64,000 nucleotides of DNA, taken from NCBI GenBank assembly GCA_963666275.2, contig CAXXOA010000001.1, positions 1,088,001-1,152,000 on the forward strand. Reading direction: 5' to 3'. The notes beneath the pieces were generated by a model. The model saw only the letters and a program-made list of their open reading frames with translations, had not been told where the DNA came from and did no database searches. Of this stretch, positions 28,202 to 37,920 are shown piece after piece. Position numbers and translations under genes: made by a program. Position 1 is the stretch's first letter. Each line of letters begins with the position of its first letter. This DNA is from Oceanispirochaeta sp. (GTDB lineage Bacteria; Spirochaetota; Spirochaetia; DSM-2461).

Positions 28202-29272
28202 CTATCGTATTTTCGGAATCTCTTCGCCGAAACAGGTATCTACGGCCCGGGCCTGGTTGATCAGAGGATGGTCTCCGGGAACATATTTCGTTTTACCCGC
28301 CACTTCCTCAAGGGGGACGGTCGCCAGTTTGTTGTTGTTGAAGGCTGCCATCATACCGAACTGACCTTTTGCGACCAGCTCTGCAGCATGTCCGCCCAGC
28401 TGGGTGGCGATCACCCTGTCCGCAGGGGAGGGGGAACCCCCTCTCTGGATATATCCCAGAATGGTTTCCCGTGTTTCCAGTCCCGTGAGTTCCTCAATTT
28501 TCCGGGCCACATAGGTCCCCGCCGATACGGTCCGTTTCTTGCCGTTTTTCTTGGGGGGAATTTTAATCCCTTCGGCCACAACTATGATGGAGTAGGGTTT
28601 TCCCTGGTCCGCCCGGTGCATCAGGTATTCCGAAACCACCTTCGGATCCCAGTCGATCTCTGGCAGCAGGATCACATCTCCGCCGCCGGCAACACCCGAA
28701 TAGAGAGTAAGCCAGCCTGTATGATGCCCCATGATCTCCACAACCATGATCCTTTTATGGGAGTTGGCCGTACTGTGCATGCGGTCGATGGCTTCGGTGG
28801 CTATATTCACAGCAGAATCAAAACCGAAGGTCACATCAGTTCCCCAGACATCATTGTCTATGGTTTTGGGTATTCCGATCACATTCAGACCCATGTCCTG
28901 GAGTTTTCCGGCTGTTTTCATGGTTCCGTTCCCGCCGATGCAGACCAGGCAGTCCAGCCCCATTTCCTGATAGTTTTCCACTATCATTTCAGGTTTGGTC
29001 ATCACATAGTCATCGTAATCTTCGTTTTTGAAGGGCTTTTCCCGGGAGGTCCCCAGTATGGTTCCCCCCAGAGTCAGGATTCCCGAAAGGGATTTTTCCG
29101 TCAGTTCCACATACTCTTTGTTTATCAGTCCCAGGTATCCGGAGGAAAATCCATAGACCTTCATTCCGTATTTCAGAAGAGCGGTTTTTCCCACCCCGCG
29201 GATCGCCGCATTCAGCCCCGGACAGTCTCCTCCGGCAGTGAGGATCCCTATTTTCAGTTGTTTTTCAGACAT
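28202..29272 (-). CDS. pfkA: 6-phosphofructokinase (PfkA family, group III-like)
   Basis: TAGGDCPGLN, GGTILGTSR, GGNGT, PKTIDND, VEIMG and LGYIQRGG. ATG at 29272 follows GGAG. Confidence 0.92.
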   Translation of the reverse strand: MSEKQLKIGILTAGGDCPGLNAAIRGVGKTALLKYGMKVYGFSSGYLGLINKEYVELTEKSLSGILTLGGTILGTSREKPFKNEDYDDYVMTKPEMIVENYQEMGLDCLVCIGGNGTMKTAGKLQDMGLNVIGIPKTIDNDVWGTDVTFGFDSAVNIATEAIDRMHSTANSHKRIMVVEIMGHHTGWLTLYSGVAGGGDVILLPEIDWDPKVVSEYLMHRADQGKPYSIIVVAEGIKIPPKKNGKKRTVSAGTYVARKIEELTGLETRETILGYIQRGGSPSPADRVIATQLGGHAAELVAKGQFGMMAAFNNNKLATVPLEEVAGKTKYVPGDHPLINQARAVDTCFGEEIPKIR

Positions 29273-29367
29273 AACTCTCCCAGTGTACCCGCTTCCTGTT
29301 AAAAAACGGTTAAGAAACATATTTCCTTATATTATAGGACACCGGGAATGTTCCTGTCATGACCTTT

Positions 29368-30456
29368 TCAGTTCAGGGAGAAACTCAGCTTTTTGTGATT
29401 GGCATGTTCTTCCAGGGCGTATTCAATCAGCTTATCCAGAAGATCCGGGTAGGCCAGTCCTCCTGCTTCGCACATACGGGGAAACATGCTGATGCTTGTA
29501 AAACCGGGGATTGTGTTGATCTCGTTGAGAAAGACCTCTCCGCTTGTTTTCTCCACAAAGAAGTCAACCCGGGCCATGCCCCGGCATTCCAGAACACTGT
29601 AGGCTCTCTCCGCCAGTTTTCTGATATGGGCAGCCTGATCCTCATCCAGTTCCGCCGGGATGAGGAGCGCGGCTCCGTCGGGATCCAGATATTTGGCATC
29701 GTAATCGTAGAAATCATGGGAGGGCCGGAGTTCTCCCGGGGGAAAGGAGACAGGCGTGCTGTTGCCTATGACCGAACACTCCACTTCCCGGGCATTGACG
29801 GCTGGTTCTATGAGTATTTTATTGTCAAACCGCAGAGCTTCTTCCACGGCGTGACGGAATTTATCCCTGTTTTCCACCCGGGAGACCCCTACGGAAGATC
29901 CCGCCTGGGAGGGCTTTATAAACAGGGGGAGTCCGAAAGATTCCTCCATGGCCGATGCCAGGGTGTCCCAGGAAAATCCTGTTTTTTCGGTTTCCGGTTT
30001 TCTCAGGGTCCGGAAGGGAACCACCGGGAGGCTGTGATGCTGCCAGATAATTTTGGCAATATCCTTGTCCATACCCAGGTAGCTGCCGCCCACTGTGGCT
30101 CCCGCATAGGGCAGATCCGCCATCTCCAGGAGTCCCTGAAGGGTTCCGTCTTCTCCGAAGGTCCCATGAATGATCGGAAGTACCGCATCCACAGGAAGTT
30201 TCTCCCGGGATACGTAAAATCCATCTCCGGGTTTTACAGAGACCGAAGCGTCGGGATCCTCTGCAATGCTGAGGATCTCTCCTCCCTGTTCGGGGGAGTT
30301 CTGGAGATACCACAGGCCGGTTTTCGTAATACCTATCAGATGGATACTGTATTTATCCCTGTTCAAATGATTAAATACCGAAGCAGCCGACCGGAGGGAG
30401 ACTTCATGCTCTCCCGAACGACCACCGTAGAGCAGCGCGATGGACAATTTATTCAT
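29368..30456 (-). CDS. ddl: D-alanine--D-alanine ligase
   Basis: GGRSGEHEVS, HGTFGEDG, GSSVG, YDYDAKY, NEINTIPGFT.ISMFP. Promoter TTGAGA-17-TATCCT lies 7 nt before the ATG. Confidence 0.96.
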   Translation of the reverse strand: MNKLSIALLYGGRSGEHEVSLRSAASVFNHLNRDKYSIHLIGITKTGLWYLQNSPEQGGEILSIAEDPDASVSVKPGDGFYVSREKLPVDAVLPIIHGTFGEDGTLQGLLEMADLPYAGATVGGSYLGMDKDIAKIIWQHHSLPVVPFRTLRKPETEKTGFSWDTLASAMEESFGLPLFIKPSQAGSSVGVSRVENRDKFRHAVEEALRFDNKILIEPAVNAREVECSVIGNSTPVSFPPGELRPSHDFYDYDAKYLDPDGAALLIPAELDEDQAAHIRKLAERAYSVLECRGMARVDFFVEKTSGEVFLNEINTIPGFTSISMFPRMCEAGGLAYPDLLDKLIEYALEEHANHKKLSFSLN

Positions 30457-30602
30457 AATCCGGAGGATATCACTTTTCTCCGTACTTCTCAAGAGAACCG
30501 TATCATGCTATCCTCCAGAGAAGGGTTTATTGTCCCTCTTCAATTGTTTAGTCGACTTCTATGATGGAACCGGATACTCTATCCGGATCTCCGGAGGATT
30601 TA

Positions 30603-31052
30603 ATGAGTATAATGAATTTCAATCCCCTTGTTCTCTCAGCCCTTATGGGGATGATAGTGGCCCAGGTCGGCAAAGTAGTCCTGATCCTGGCACTGGAAAA
30701 GAGATTTGCCTGGGACAGAATGACAGAAACAGGAGGCATGCCCTCATCCCATTCTGCTGCAGTAGCCGCCCTTACAACCGCCTGCGGTCTGACCTATGGC
30801 GTGGATAGTGCCTATTTTGCGATTTCACTGGTTTTCGGATCCATTGTGGTCTACGATGCCACAGGAGTGAGAAGAGCCGCCGGTCAGCATGCGGAAATCC
30901 TCAACAGCCTTATTACGGAACTCTCCCATCTCTTCGAAGAGGGAGACAAACCGGAAGCCCTGAAAACTCTTCTGGGGCATACCTATCCCCAGGTGCTGGT
31001 GGGAACCCTCCTCGGCATTCTGATAGGATTTCTCTGTACTGGCAATCTCTAG
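30603..31052 (+). CDS. Divergent PAP2 family protein (DUF212/YuiD-like)
   Basis: GGMPSSHSA, YDATGVRRAAGQHA and LGHT..QV motifs. RBS GGAGG. Confidence 0.9.
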   Translation: MSIMNFNPLVLSALMGMIVAQVGKVVLILALEKRFAWDRMTETGGMPSSHSAAVAALTTACGLTYGVDSAYFAISLVFGSIVVYDATGVRRAAGQHAEILNSLITELSHLFEEGDKPEALKTLLGHTYPQVLVGTLLGILIGFLCTGNL

Positions 31053-31065
31053 GAACGACAAGACA

Positions 31066-31100
31066 TAAAAAAAACCGGGTCATTCACCCGGTTTTTTTTA
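31066..31100. terminator. Bidirectional intrinsic terminator
   Basis: A8-CCGGGT-cattc-ACCCGG-T8 between convergent genes. Confidence 0.9.
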
Positions 31101-31120
31101 TGCCTGAGAGTCTGTTGTAC

Positions 31121-32635
31121 TCAGTTCACTTTGTATCCCATCTCAGTGAGGAGTTCTTTGAGAACTCCTTTTTCATCCCAGGGTCTGGGGCCGTCATCAT
31201 GGATGATGGAACTTTCATGGCCTTTGCCCAGGGTCAGTACCATATCGCCTTTACCGGCCATGGCCAGGGCTTTTTTCATTGCCTCTCTTCTGTCGGGAAT
31301 GAAGAAAAGGGTTTCGTCCCTGGTTTTATGGGCAATTCCTTCGGCAATGTCTTTGATGATGTCCATGGGATCTTCCCCCCGGGGATCTTCGTTGGCAAGA
31401 AAGATCACATCGGCGTACTCATCGGCAATGTCTCCCTGTTCGCTGCGCTTCTCCACATCCCGTTCTCCGGCGGAACCGAAGAGAACAATCAGTTTCCCTT
31501 CTGTATCGTTTTTAACCATGGGGAGAAGCCTTTCAAAGGCTCCGGGAGTGTGGGCATAGTCCACCATCACATTGAACGGCATATCCCCGTTTACAGGACT
31601 CATCCGGCCGTTCACGCCTACAAGTTTGTTAATATTGTCCGCCAGGTCCAGAACATCCTCTTCCAGGAGCTCTGAAACAACAAGCAGGGCCGCCATGGCA
31701 TTTTCCACATTGAAAAGTCCCGGCATATTGAGTTTTACCTCTTTTGTACCGTTGGGAACATGGAGCTGGAAGGTGATGCTGGAGTGATCTGTGGCATAAT
31801 CGCTTCCCCACAGATCGGTGTTCTCGTTTTTCAGGCTGTAGAGGAACACAGGTTTCTCTCCGATGGCGTCCATGTAGATCTCACTCCACTGGGTATCATC
31901 GTTGATAACGCCGAAAGCATCCTCTTCGGGCGAGGCGGAAACCATTTTAAACAGATTCGCCTTGTCCAGTCTGTACTGTTCAATGGTTCCGTGAAACTCA
32001 AGGTGTTCATGGGTTATATTGGTCAGAACAGCAGTATCGAAAAGGACATCCGCCAGGCGGGAATTCTTTTCGGAAAGGCCGTGGGAAGTGGCTTCCAGAA
32101 CGGCAAATTCTTTTCCGTTGTCCACCATCTCTTTGAGAATCCGGTGAATCTGCGGCGCCTCGGGAGTGGACTGCCTGTAGGGATTTGAGACGACATGATC
32201 CCCCGACTGATAGCTCACTGTAGAGAGGAAACCGGCTTTCTGCCCTTCCAGTTCCAGCATCTGATGGATGAAGGACACAGTGGTGCTTTTTCCGTCTGTT
32301 CCCGTTACTCCGATGATTTTCATCTGTCTGGCAGGATAGTCATAGAATGCCGCCGAAAGGGGAGACATGGCCTGACGGGTGTTCTTTACCCGGATATAGG
32401 TGACTCCGTCGGAGTAGTAATCCTGCTCCCGGGAGTAGACAATCCCGGCAGCGCCTTTGTGAATGGCATCAGCAATAAACTCATGGCCATCTGTATGAAC
32501 CCCTTCCAGGGCAAAGAATAGCGTTCCCTTTCGGACCTCTCTCGAGTCGTATTCCAGGGATGTAATCTCTATTGTTTCATCGCCTCTGACATCCAGAGGT
32601 TTGATGTCTTTTATGATCTGTTCAACTGTTTTCAT
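31121..32635 (-). CDS. murE: UDP-MurNAc-tripeptide synthetase (MurE)
   Basis: GVTGTDGKSTT, STPEAP, EATSHGL, TNITHEHL, VDYAHTP, GERD..KR, EDPR and GKGHE motifs. Confidence 0.95.
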   Translation of the reverse strand: MKTVEQIIKDIKPLDVRGDETIEITSLEYDSREVRKGTLFFALEGVHTDGHEFIADAIHKGAAGIVYSREQDYYSDGVTYIRVKNTRQAMSPLSAAFYDYPARQMKIIGVTGTDGKSTTVSFIHQMLELEGQKAGFLSTVSYQSGDHVVSNPYRQSTPEAPQIHRILKEMVDNGKEFAVLEATSHGLSEKNSRLADVLFDTAVLTNITHEHLEFHGTIEQYRLDKANLFKMVSASPEEDAFGVINDDTQWSEIYMDAIGEKPVFLYSLKNENTDLWGSDYATDHSSITFQLHVPNGTKEVKLNMPGLFNVENAMAALLVVSELLEEDVLDLADNINKLVGVNGRMSPVNGDMPFNVMVDYAHTPGAFERLLPMVKNDTEGKLIVLFGSAGERDVEKRSEQGDIADEYADVIFLANEDPRGEDPMDIIKDIAEGIAHKTRDETLFFIPDRREAMKKALAMAGKGDMVLTLGKGHESSIIHDDGPRPWDEKGVLKELLTEMGYKVN

Positions 32636-32695
32636 GCCCTCATGTTAACAGTATATTCCGGTCTGTATCAAGTAAAACATTGCAGGCCGGGATCA

Positions 32696-34237
32696 TCAGA
32701 TATCCAGAATGGCCTGAGCGGAGCGCAGACCGTCAGAGGCGGAGCTTATAATTCCCCCCGCATATCCCGAGGCTTCTCCGCAGAAGTAGAGGTTTTCCGT
32801 CGTCTCCACAAGGCCTGTCATTTTATCTCTGATGACCTGAACCGGTGAGGAGGTTTTGCTCTCCAGCCCCAGAATCTGTCCCTGTTCAAACCCCGGCAGC
32901 CGTCTGGCCAGGTCTTTCAGTCCCTCCTGCAGCGACTTGCCGATTTCCCGGGGGAGGAGGGCGGTGAGATCCGCCTGGATCAGTCCCGGTTCATAGGAGG
33001 AGGCTGTCAGGGGGGAGTCCGGCCGGCCTGTGATAAAATCGCTGATCTTCATAGCCGGTGCCCTGTACCCGGAGGACACCTGATAAAAGGAGTTTTCAAG
33101 ATCCTTCAGCCAATTCAGGCTGTCTTCCGGGGAAATCTCCCGGTTCAGCAGCTCCGGGAGAGACAGGCCTGCGACAATAGCGGCATTGGCAAACTCTCCG
33201 TCCCTCCGGTAGTAACTCATGCCGTTGACAATATTCTGATCTCTGTAGGAGGGGGCGGGAACGATTTTTCCCCCCGGGCACATGCAGAATGTATAGACAG
33301 GCAGATCCCCTCTGTCGCTGGTCAGACGGTATTCGGCGGCTTTGACTCCCGGCAGGGAGGGGCAGCCCCACTGGATGCGGTTTATCAGTTCCTGGGGATG
33401 CTCCATCCGGCAGCCCAGGGCAAAGTTTTTTGTTCGGAAGGGGATCTTTCTGGCCATGAGCATCCTGTAGCTGTCATAGGCCGAATGACCCGTAGCCAGA
33501 AGAGCCGCATCGCAGGGGAAGCGCTCCGATTCTGTCAGTACCGCCCGGATGCGGCCCCTTTCCATTTCAAGATCCGTCATGACAGTACCGAAGAGGATCG
33601 TCCCTCCGGCTTCCTGAAATGAACGGCGCATATTTCCGGCGATCCTTATGAGATTGTCGCTTCCTATATGGGGATGGGTCAGGTAGAGGATCTCCTCAGG
33701 GGCTCCCTGCCGGACAAACTCCTCCATAATATACTGCTTTTCTTTTTTGCTGTGTTTGCTCCGGGAGGTCAGTTTCCCGTCGGAAAAGGTTCCCGCTCCT
33801 CCCTCTCCGAAGCTGTAGTTGCTGTTGTCTGTAAAGATACCCTGCTGATCCAGCTTCTCTATGTCTTTCTGTCTCTGTTCTACCGCAGTCCCCCGTTCAA
33901 GCAGGGTGACTGAGCATCCCGATAGCTGCAGAAAAAGGGCCGGGAAAATCCCTGCAGGTCCCGAACCCACGACTACTATCTTTTTTCCCTTTCCCTGCCG
34001 GGGATCCGGTGCAAGGGGGGCGGCAGGCCGGGGCATGTTCCCCTGATCTTTCAGGGAAGGAGATTCCAGTTCTATCCTTATACTCCAGTGAATCCTGTCT
34101 TTTCTCCGGGAATCCAGGCTCTTCTTTACGATTCTGTAGGTGTAATCTTTTAATTTCACCTGTGAGCGGAGCGCATCCGCCAGATCTTTTTCCTCATATC
34201 CGCAGGGAAGTTTGATATCTATCTCTTTTCGGCCCAA
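32696..34237 (-). CDS. NAD(P)/FAD-dependent oxidoreductase (uncharacterised family)
   Basis: GSGPAG, FGEGGAGTFSDGKL, TFCMCPGG, NGMS and GYAGGI.SSA.DG motifs. Confidence 0.88.
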   Translation of the reverse strand: MGRKEIDIKLPCGYEEKDLADALRSQVKLKDYTYRIVKKSLDSRRKDRIHWSIRIELESPSLKDQGNMPRPAAPLAPDPRQGKGKKIVVVGSGPAGIFPALFLQLSGCSVTLLERGTAVEQRQKDIEKLDQQGIFTDNSNYSFGEGGAGTFSDGKLTSRSKHSKKEKQYIMEEFVRQGAPEEILYLTHPHIGSDNLIRIAGNMRRSFQEAGGTILFGTVMTDLEMERGRIRAVLTESERFPCDAALLATGHSAYDSYRMLMARKIPFRTKNFALGCRMEHPQELINRIQWGCPSLPGVKAAEYRLTSDRGDLPVYTFCMCPGGKIVPAPSYRDQNIVNGMSYYRRDGEFANAAIVAGLSLPELLNREISPEDSLNWLKDLENSFYQVSSGYRAPAMKISDFITGRPDSPLTASSYEPGLIQADLTALLPREIGKSLQEGLKDLARRLPGFEQGQILGLESKTSSPVQVIRDKMTGLVETTENLYFCGEASGYAGGIISSASDGLRSAQAILDI

Positions 34238-34249
34238 AACAGGGACCTC

Positions 34250-35188
34250 CTATTGGTTGTTTATATTTGTATCCGCCCAGTCCTGCCGGTTCGGATGTTC
34301 CCTCATAAAAGCTTCCGCCTCCATCAGATCCGGAAGCCCCTCATGCCCTTTGCCTGTGCATTTCAGAGCCGATGCGGCCATGGCCAGTTTAAGGGATTCC
34401 TCCAGATTGTCCTTCCGTGTCAGGGCTGCCGCAAAAGCGCCGTGCATGGTATCGCCCGCCCCGTTGGTATCGACTGCCTGGACGGGAAAGGCATCCAGAT
34501 GTCTGACTCTCTCTCCGTCACAGTAGGAGAGGCCCTTTCCGCCGTTGGTGACAACACAGACGCCTCCGTAGGTTTTCTGCAGACGTTCCGCCTGTTCCAG
34601 ACCGTTGCTGCTGCCTGTGAGTCTCTGCGCCAGGGCCCCCGACAGGATGGGATAGTCCGCCAGACTCAGAAGTTTGTCTCTCAGAGGGTGGGAATTGTTG
34701 GGGCTCAGATCCAGAACTACAGGAACTTTCCGAGCCTTTGCCTCTTCGGCCCATTCCACGGCATTCCGCATCCAGCTTCCATCCAGGAGGAGGACTGTGA
34801 GACTTTCAATCCTGTCCCTGTCGGCGGGAGACATTTCGGGATAGTAATCCCTGTCCCGGAGCCCCCTCTGATGGAATATTGTCCGTTTTCCTTCCGGGTC
34901 GGTCAGAATCAGACTGAGCGGGGTTGGCAGATTCAGCCGGCGTGTATTGGCGGTGTCCACTCCCTCGGCGTTCAGGCAGTCCAGCAGAAAGCCGCCTTCT
35001 TCATCCAGACCCAGAGCTCCTCTATAGCTTACGGGACTGCCCAGACGGGATGCGGCCAGGAGGGCGTTGAGAGTCATGCCTCCGGGAACGGTGAACCTCT
35101 CCTTTATATAGCTGGTTTCCTCCTGACGGGGCCAACCTGTAATGTGGGCAATTTTATCTAAAGCGCAGCCGCCGAATCCGCCGATCAT
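34250..35188 (-). CDS. PfkB/ribokinase-family carbohydrate kinase
   Basis: GG..LNA..A.SRLG, VTNGGKG and DTNGAGD motifs. ATG at 35188 follows GGGAG. Confidence 0.9.
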   Translation of the reverse strand: MIGGFGGCALDKIAHITGWPRQEETSYIKERFTVPGGMTLNALLAASRLGSPVSYRGALGLDEEGGFLLDCLNAEGVDTANTRRLNLPTPLSLILTDPEGKRTIFHQRGLRDRDYYPEMSPADRDRIESLTVLLLDGSWMRNAVEWAEEAKARKVPVVLDLSPNNSHPLRDKLLSLADYPILSGALAQRLTGSSNGLEQAERLQKTYGGVCVVTNGGKGLSYCDGERVRHLDAFPVQAVDTNGAGDTMHGAFAAALTRKDNLEESLKLAMAASALKCTGKGHEGLPDLMEAEAFMREHPNRQDWADTNINNQ

Positions 35189-35416
35189 GTTCTTCTCCCT
35201 TCCTGCCTGTACGATGAAATTCATTGTGAATAAAAAAGGGGAATAGTCAAGAAAACTCCTTTGAAATAGCAGGGAATTGACCTGAAAAGCCGGTGTTTCT
35301 CCCCTCGGCTGGAACAAATGGAGCTTGACAGAACAGGAATCGTTGATTAAGTATTTTAGAATTGACCGGAATTTCTGCAGATAAAACTGGAGAAATCAAT
35401 AAAACTGGAGGCATTC

Positions 35417-37771
35417 GTGGCATCTAAAAAGAAATTATTAATTGTTGAAAGCCCGGCAAAAGCCAAAACAATAAAAAAAATCCTGGGAAAGGATTTCACT
35501 GTGAAAGCCTCAGTCGGTCATATCCGTGACCTCAACTCGAAAGGCCGAGGCAAGAAAGCTCTGGGTATAGACACAGAGCATGATTACAAGCCCGACTATA
35601 TTGTTATAAAAGGTAAAGAGAAGACCGTTAAGGAACTTCAGGATGCCGCAGCCAAGTCGGATGAAATCTACCTGGCTCCCGACCCCGATAGAGAAGGGGA
35701 AGCGATCGCCTGGCATCTGAAAGAAGCTCTGGGCCTCAGCGATGAGGAAGCCAAGAGAGTCACCTATTCGGCCATTACCAAAAGCGCTGTTCAGCAGGCA
35801 CTGGAAAACCCGAGAAGCATAGATATGAACCTTGTGAATGCCCAGCAGGGCCGGAGGGTTCTGGACAGGCTTGTAGGTTTCAGCCTCTCTCCCTTTCTGT
35901 GGAAAAAAGTCGCCAAAAATCTGAGTGCCGGGCGGGTTCAGTCAGTTGCCGTACGGATTGTGGTGGACAGGGAACGGGAAATCAAGGCTTTCAATCCCGA
36001 AGAGTTCTGGAAAATTAAAGCCCAGGTCTCTCCTGAAAAAAAGGAGAAAGATGCCTTTGAAGCCCAGCTGGTCCGCTGGCAGGGGAAAAAATTCGAATTG
36101 GGAAATCCCGTTGCCCAGACCGAGTCTACCGCCAGGGAAGTCGCCGATCACATCAGCACAAACCCCCTGAAAGTCAAGAAGGTGGAAACCCGGGAAGCCA
36201 AGGGAAAAACAAGCCCTCCCTTTATTACCTCCACTCTTCAGCAGGCCGCCAGTACGGCCCTCAGTTTCGGTACAAGCAAAACCATGAGTGTAGCACAGAA
36301 ACTCTATGAAGGTATGGAGATAGAGGGGACCACCCAGGGGCTTATTACCTACATGAGAACCGATTCTACCAGAATCGCTCCGGAAGCGCTGGAAGAAGTC
36401 CGGGAATATATCAAAGAGAATTTTGACCCTGAATATCTGCCTGAGAAACCTCAGATCTACAGTACAAGCAAAAATGCCCAGGATGCTCATGAGGCGATCA
36501 GGCCCTCTTCGGTGGCCCTGACTCCCGAAAAGGTTCAGCCCTTCCTGACAAGAGACCAGTATCGTCTGTATGAACTGATCTGGCGGCGTTTCGTGGCATC
36601 CCAGATGCCCCCCGCCCGGTATGATGTTACCACCGTAACCATTGAATCCGGAGAAGGCGAACTGGAGGCAAAGGGCAGAATTACCCGTTTCAAAGGGTAC
36701 ACCATCCTGATTCCCGAAGGAAAAGCAGGTAAGAAAGAGGACGGGAAATATCAGAATCTTCCCGATATCAAACAGGAGGATCTTCTGGACCTTCTGGGAC
36801 TGGATGTGACCCAGAATTTTACCAAACCCCCGGCCCGTTATTCCGAAGCCTCACTGGTAAAAGCTCTTGAAAAAGAGGGAATCGGCCGGCCTTCAACCTA
36901 CGCTCCCATTATCAAGACCATTAGCGACAGGGGATACGTGCGCCTTGAAAACCGGTATTTTCATGCCACAGAGCTCGGAATCGCCGTGAATGATATTCTG
37001 GTGCAGAATTTCAACAACATCATGGATCTCAGTTTTACAGCCGGAATGGAGGGAGATCTGGACCGGGTGGAAAACGGAGAAACAGACTGGGTCAAGCTTG
37101 TAGACGGTTTTTACAAGCCTTTTTCCCAGCAGCTGGACAAGGCACTGGAAGATGCGGAAGCCCTGAAGGGACGGCCCTGGGACGGTGAGGAGAAATGTCC
37201 TCTCTGCGGCAGCGGTCTGCTAGTCAGGTATTCTGTAAACGGAGCCTTTCTGGGATGTGAAAAATACCCTGAATGCAAGGGTCTGATTCCCATGCCCGGA
37301 GAGAACGAAGACGGGGATCAGCCGGAAGTGGATGTGAACTGCCCCGAATGCGGTAGTCCCATGATCATGAAAACATCCCGCTACGGTAAACAGTTCCTGG
37401 CCTGTTCAAAGTATCCCGAATGCAAAACCACACTGTCTGTGGATAAAGAGGGAAAACCCGTGGAGCTTCCCAAAGTGGAAATGGACTGTGAAGTCTGCGG
37501 AAAACCCATGGAAGTTAAAATGGGAAGGAGAGGCCCCTTCCTTGCCTGTACAGGATATCCTGACTGTAAAAATACAATGCCTCTGGATAAAGAGGGAAAG
37601 CCGGTAATTCTTCCCAAAGTGGAGGGCGAAGTCTGTGAGAAATGCGGCAAGCCCATGGAAGTGAAGATGGGACGCCGGGGGCCTTTTCTGGCCTGCTCGG
37701 GATTTCCCAAATGCCGCAATGCCAAACCTCTTCCGGGAGACGAGAAAAAGACAGAGAAGGAAAAGGAATAG
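35417..37771 (+). CDS. topA: DNA topoisomerase I with four C-terminal Zn-ribbon repeats
   Basis: IVESPAK, DPDREGEAI, SAGRVQS, ITYMRTDS, AHEAIRP, GIGRPSTY and four C4 ribbons. Confidence 0.97.
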   Translation: MASKKKLLIVESPAKAKTIKKILGKDFTVKASVGHIRDLNSKGRGKKALGIDTEHDYKPDYIVIKGKEKTVKELQDAAAKSDEIYLAPDPDREGEAIAWHLKEALGLSDEEAKRVTYSAITKSAVQQALENPRSIDMNLVNAQQGRRVLDRLVGFSLSPFLWKKVAKNLSAGRVQSVAVRIVVDREREIKAFNPEEFWKIKAQVSPEKKEKDAFEAQLVRWQGKKFELGNPVAQTESTAREVADHISTNPLKVKKVETREAKGKTSPPFITSTLQQAASTALSFGTSKTMSVAQKLYEGMEIEGTTQGLITYMRTDSTRIAPEALEEVREYIKENFDPEYLPEKPQIYSTSKNAQDAHEAIRPSSVALTPEKVQPFLTRDQYRLYELIWRRFVASQMPPARYDVTTVTIESGEGELEAKGRITRFKGYTILIPEGKAGKKEDGKYQNLPDIKQEDLLDLLGLDVTQNFTKPPARYSEASLVKALEKEGIGRPSTYAPIIKTISDRGYVRLENRYFHATELGIAVNDILVQNFNNIMDLSFTAGMEGDLDRVENGETDWVKLVDGFYKPFSQQLDKALEDAEALKGRPWDGEEKCPLCGSGLLVRYSVNGAFLGCEKYPECKGLIPMPGENEDGDQPEVDVNCPECGSPMIMKTSRYGKQFLACSKYPECKTTLSVDKEGKPVELPKVEMDCEVCGKPMEVKMGRRGPFLACTGYPDCKNTMPLDKEGKPVILPKVEGEVCEKCGKPMEVKMGRRGPFLACSGFPKCRNAKPLPGDEKKTEKEKE

Positions 37772-37920
37772 GAGACATTTCTGTTCCCGGGGAAAGATTT
37801 CTCTTTACTAAATCTTTTTCAATTCTTATTTTTTAAATAATAATCCGGAACTGGATAGTTGTGCACGGATGAAATCTGCTGCTCTGCCTTTTCAGGCAGG
37901 GGCGGATATGAGGTGATTAT

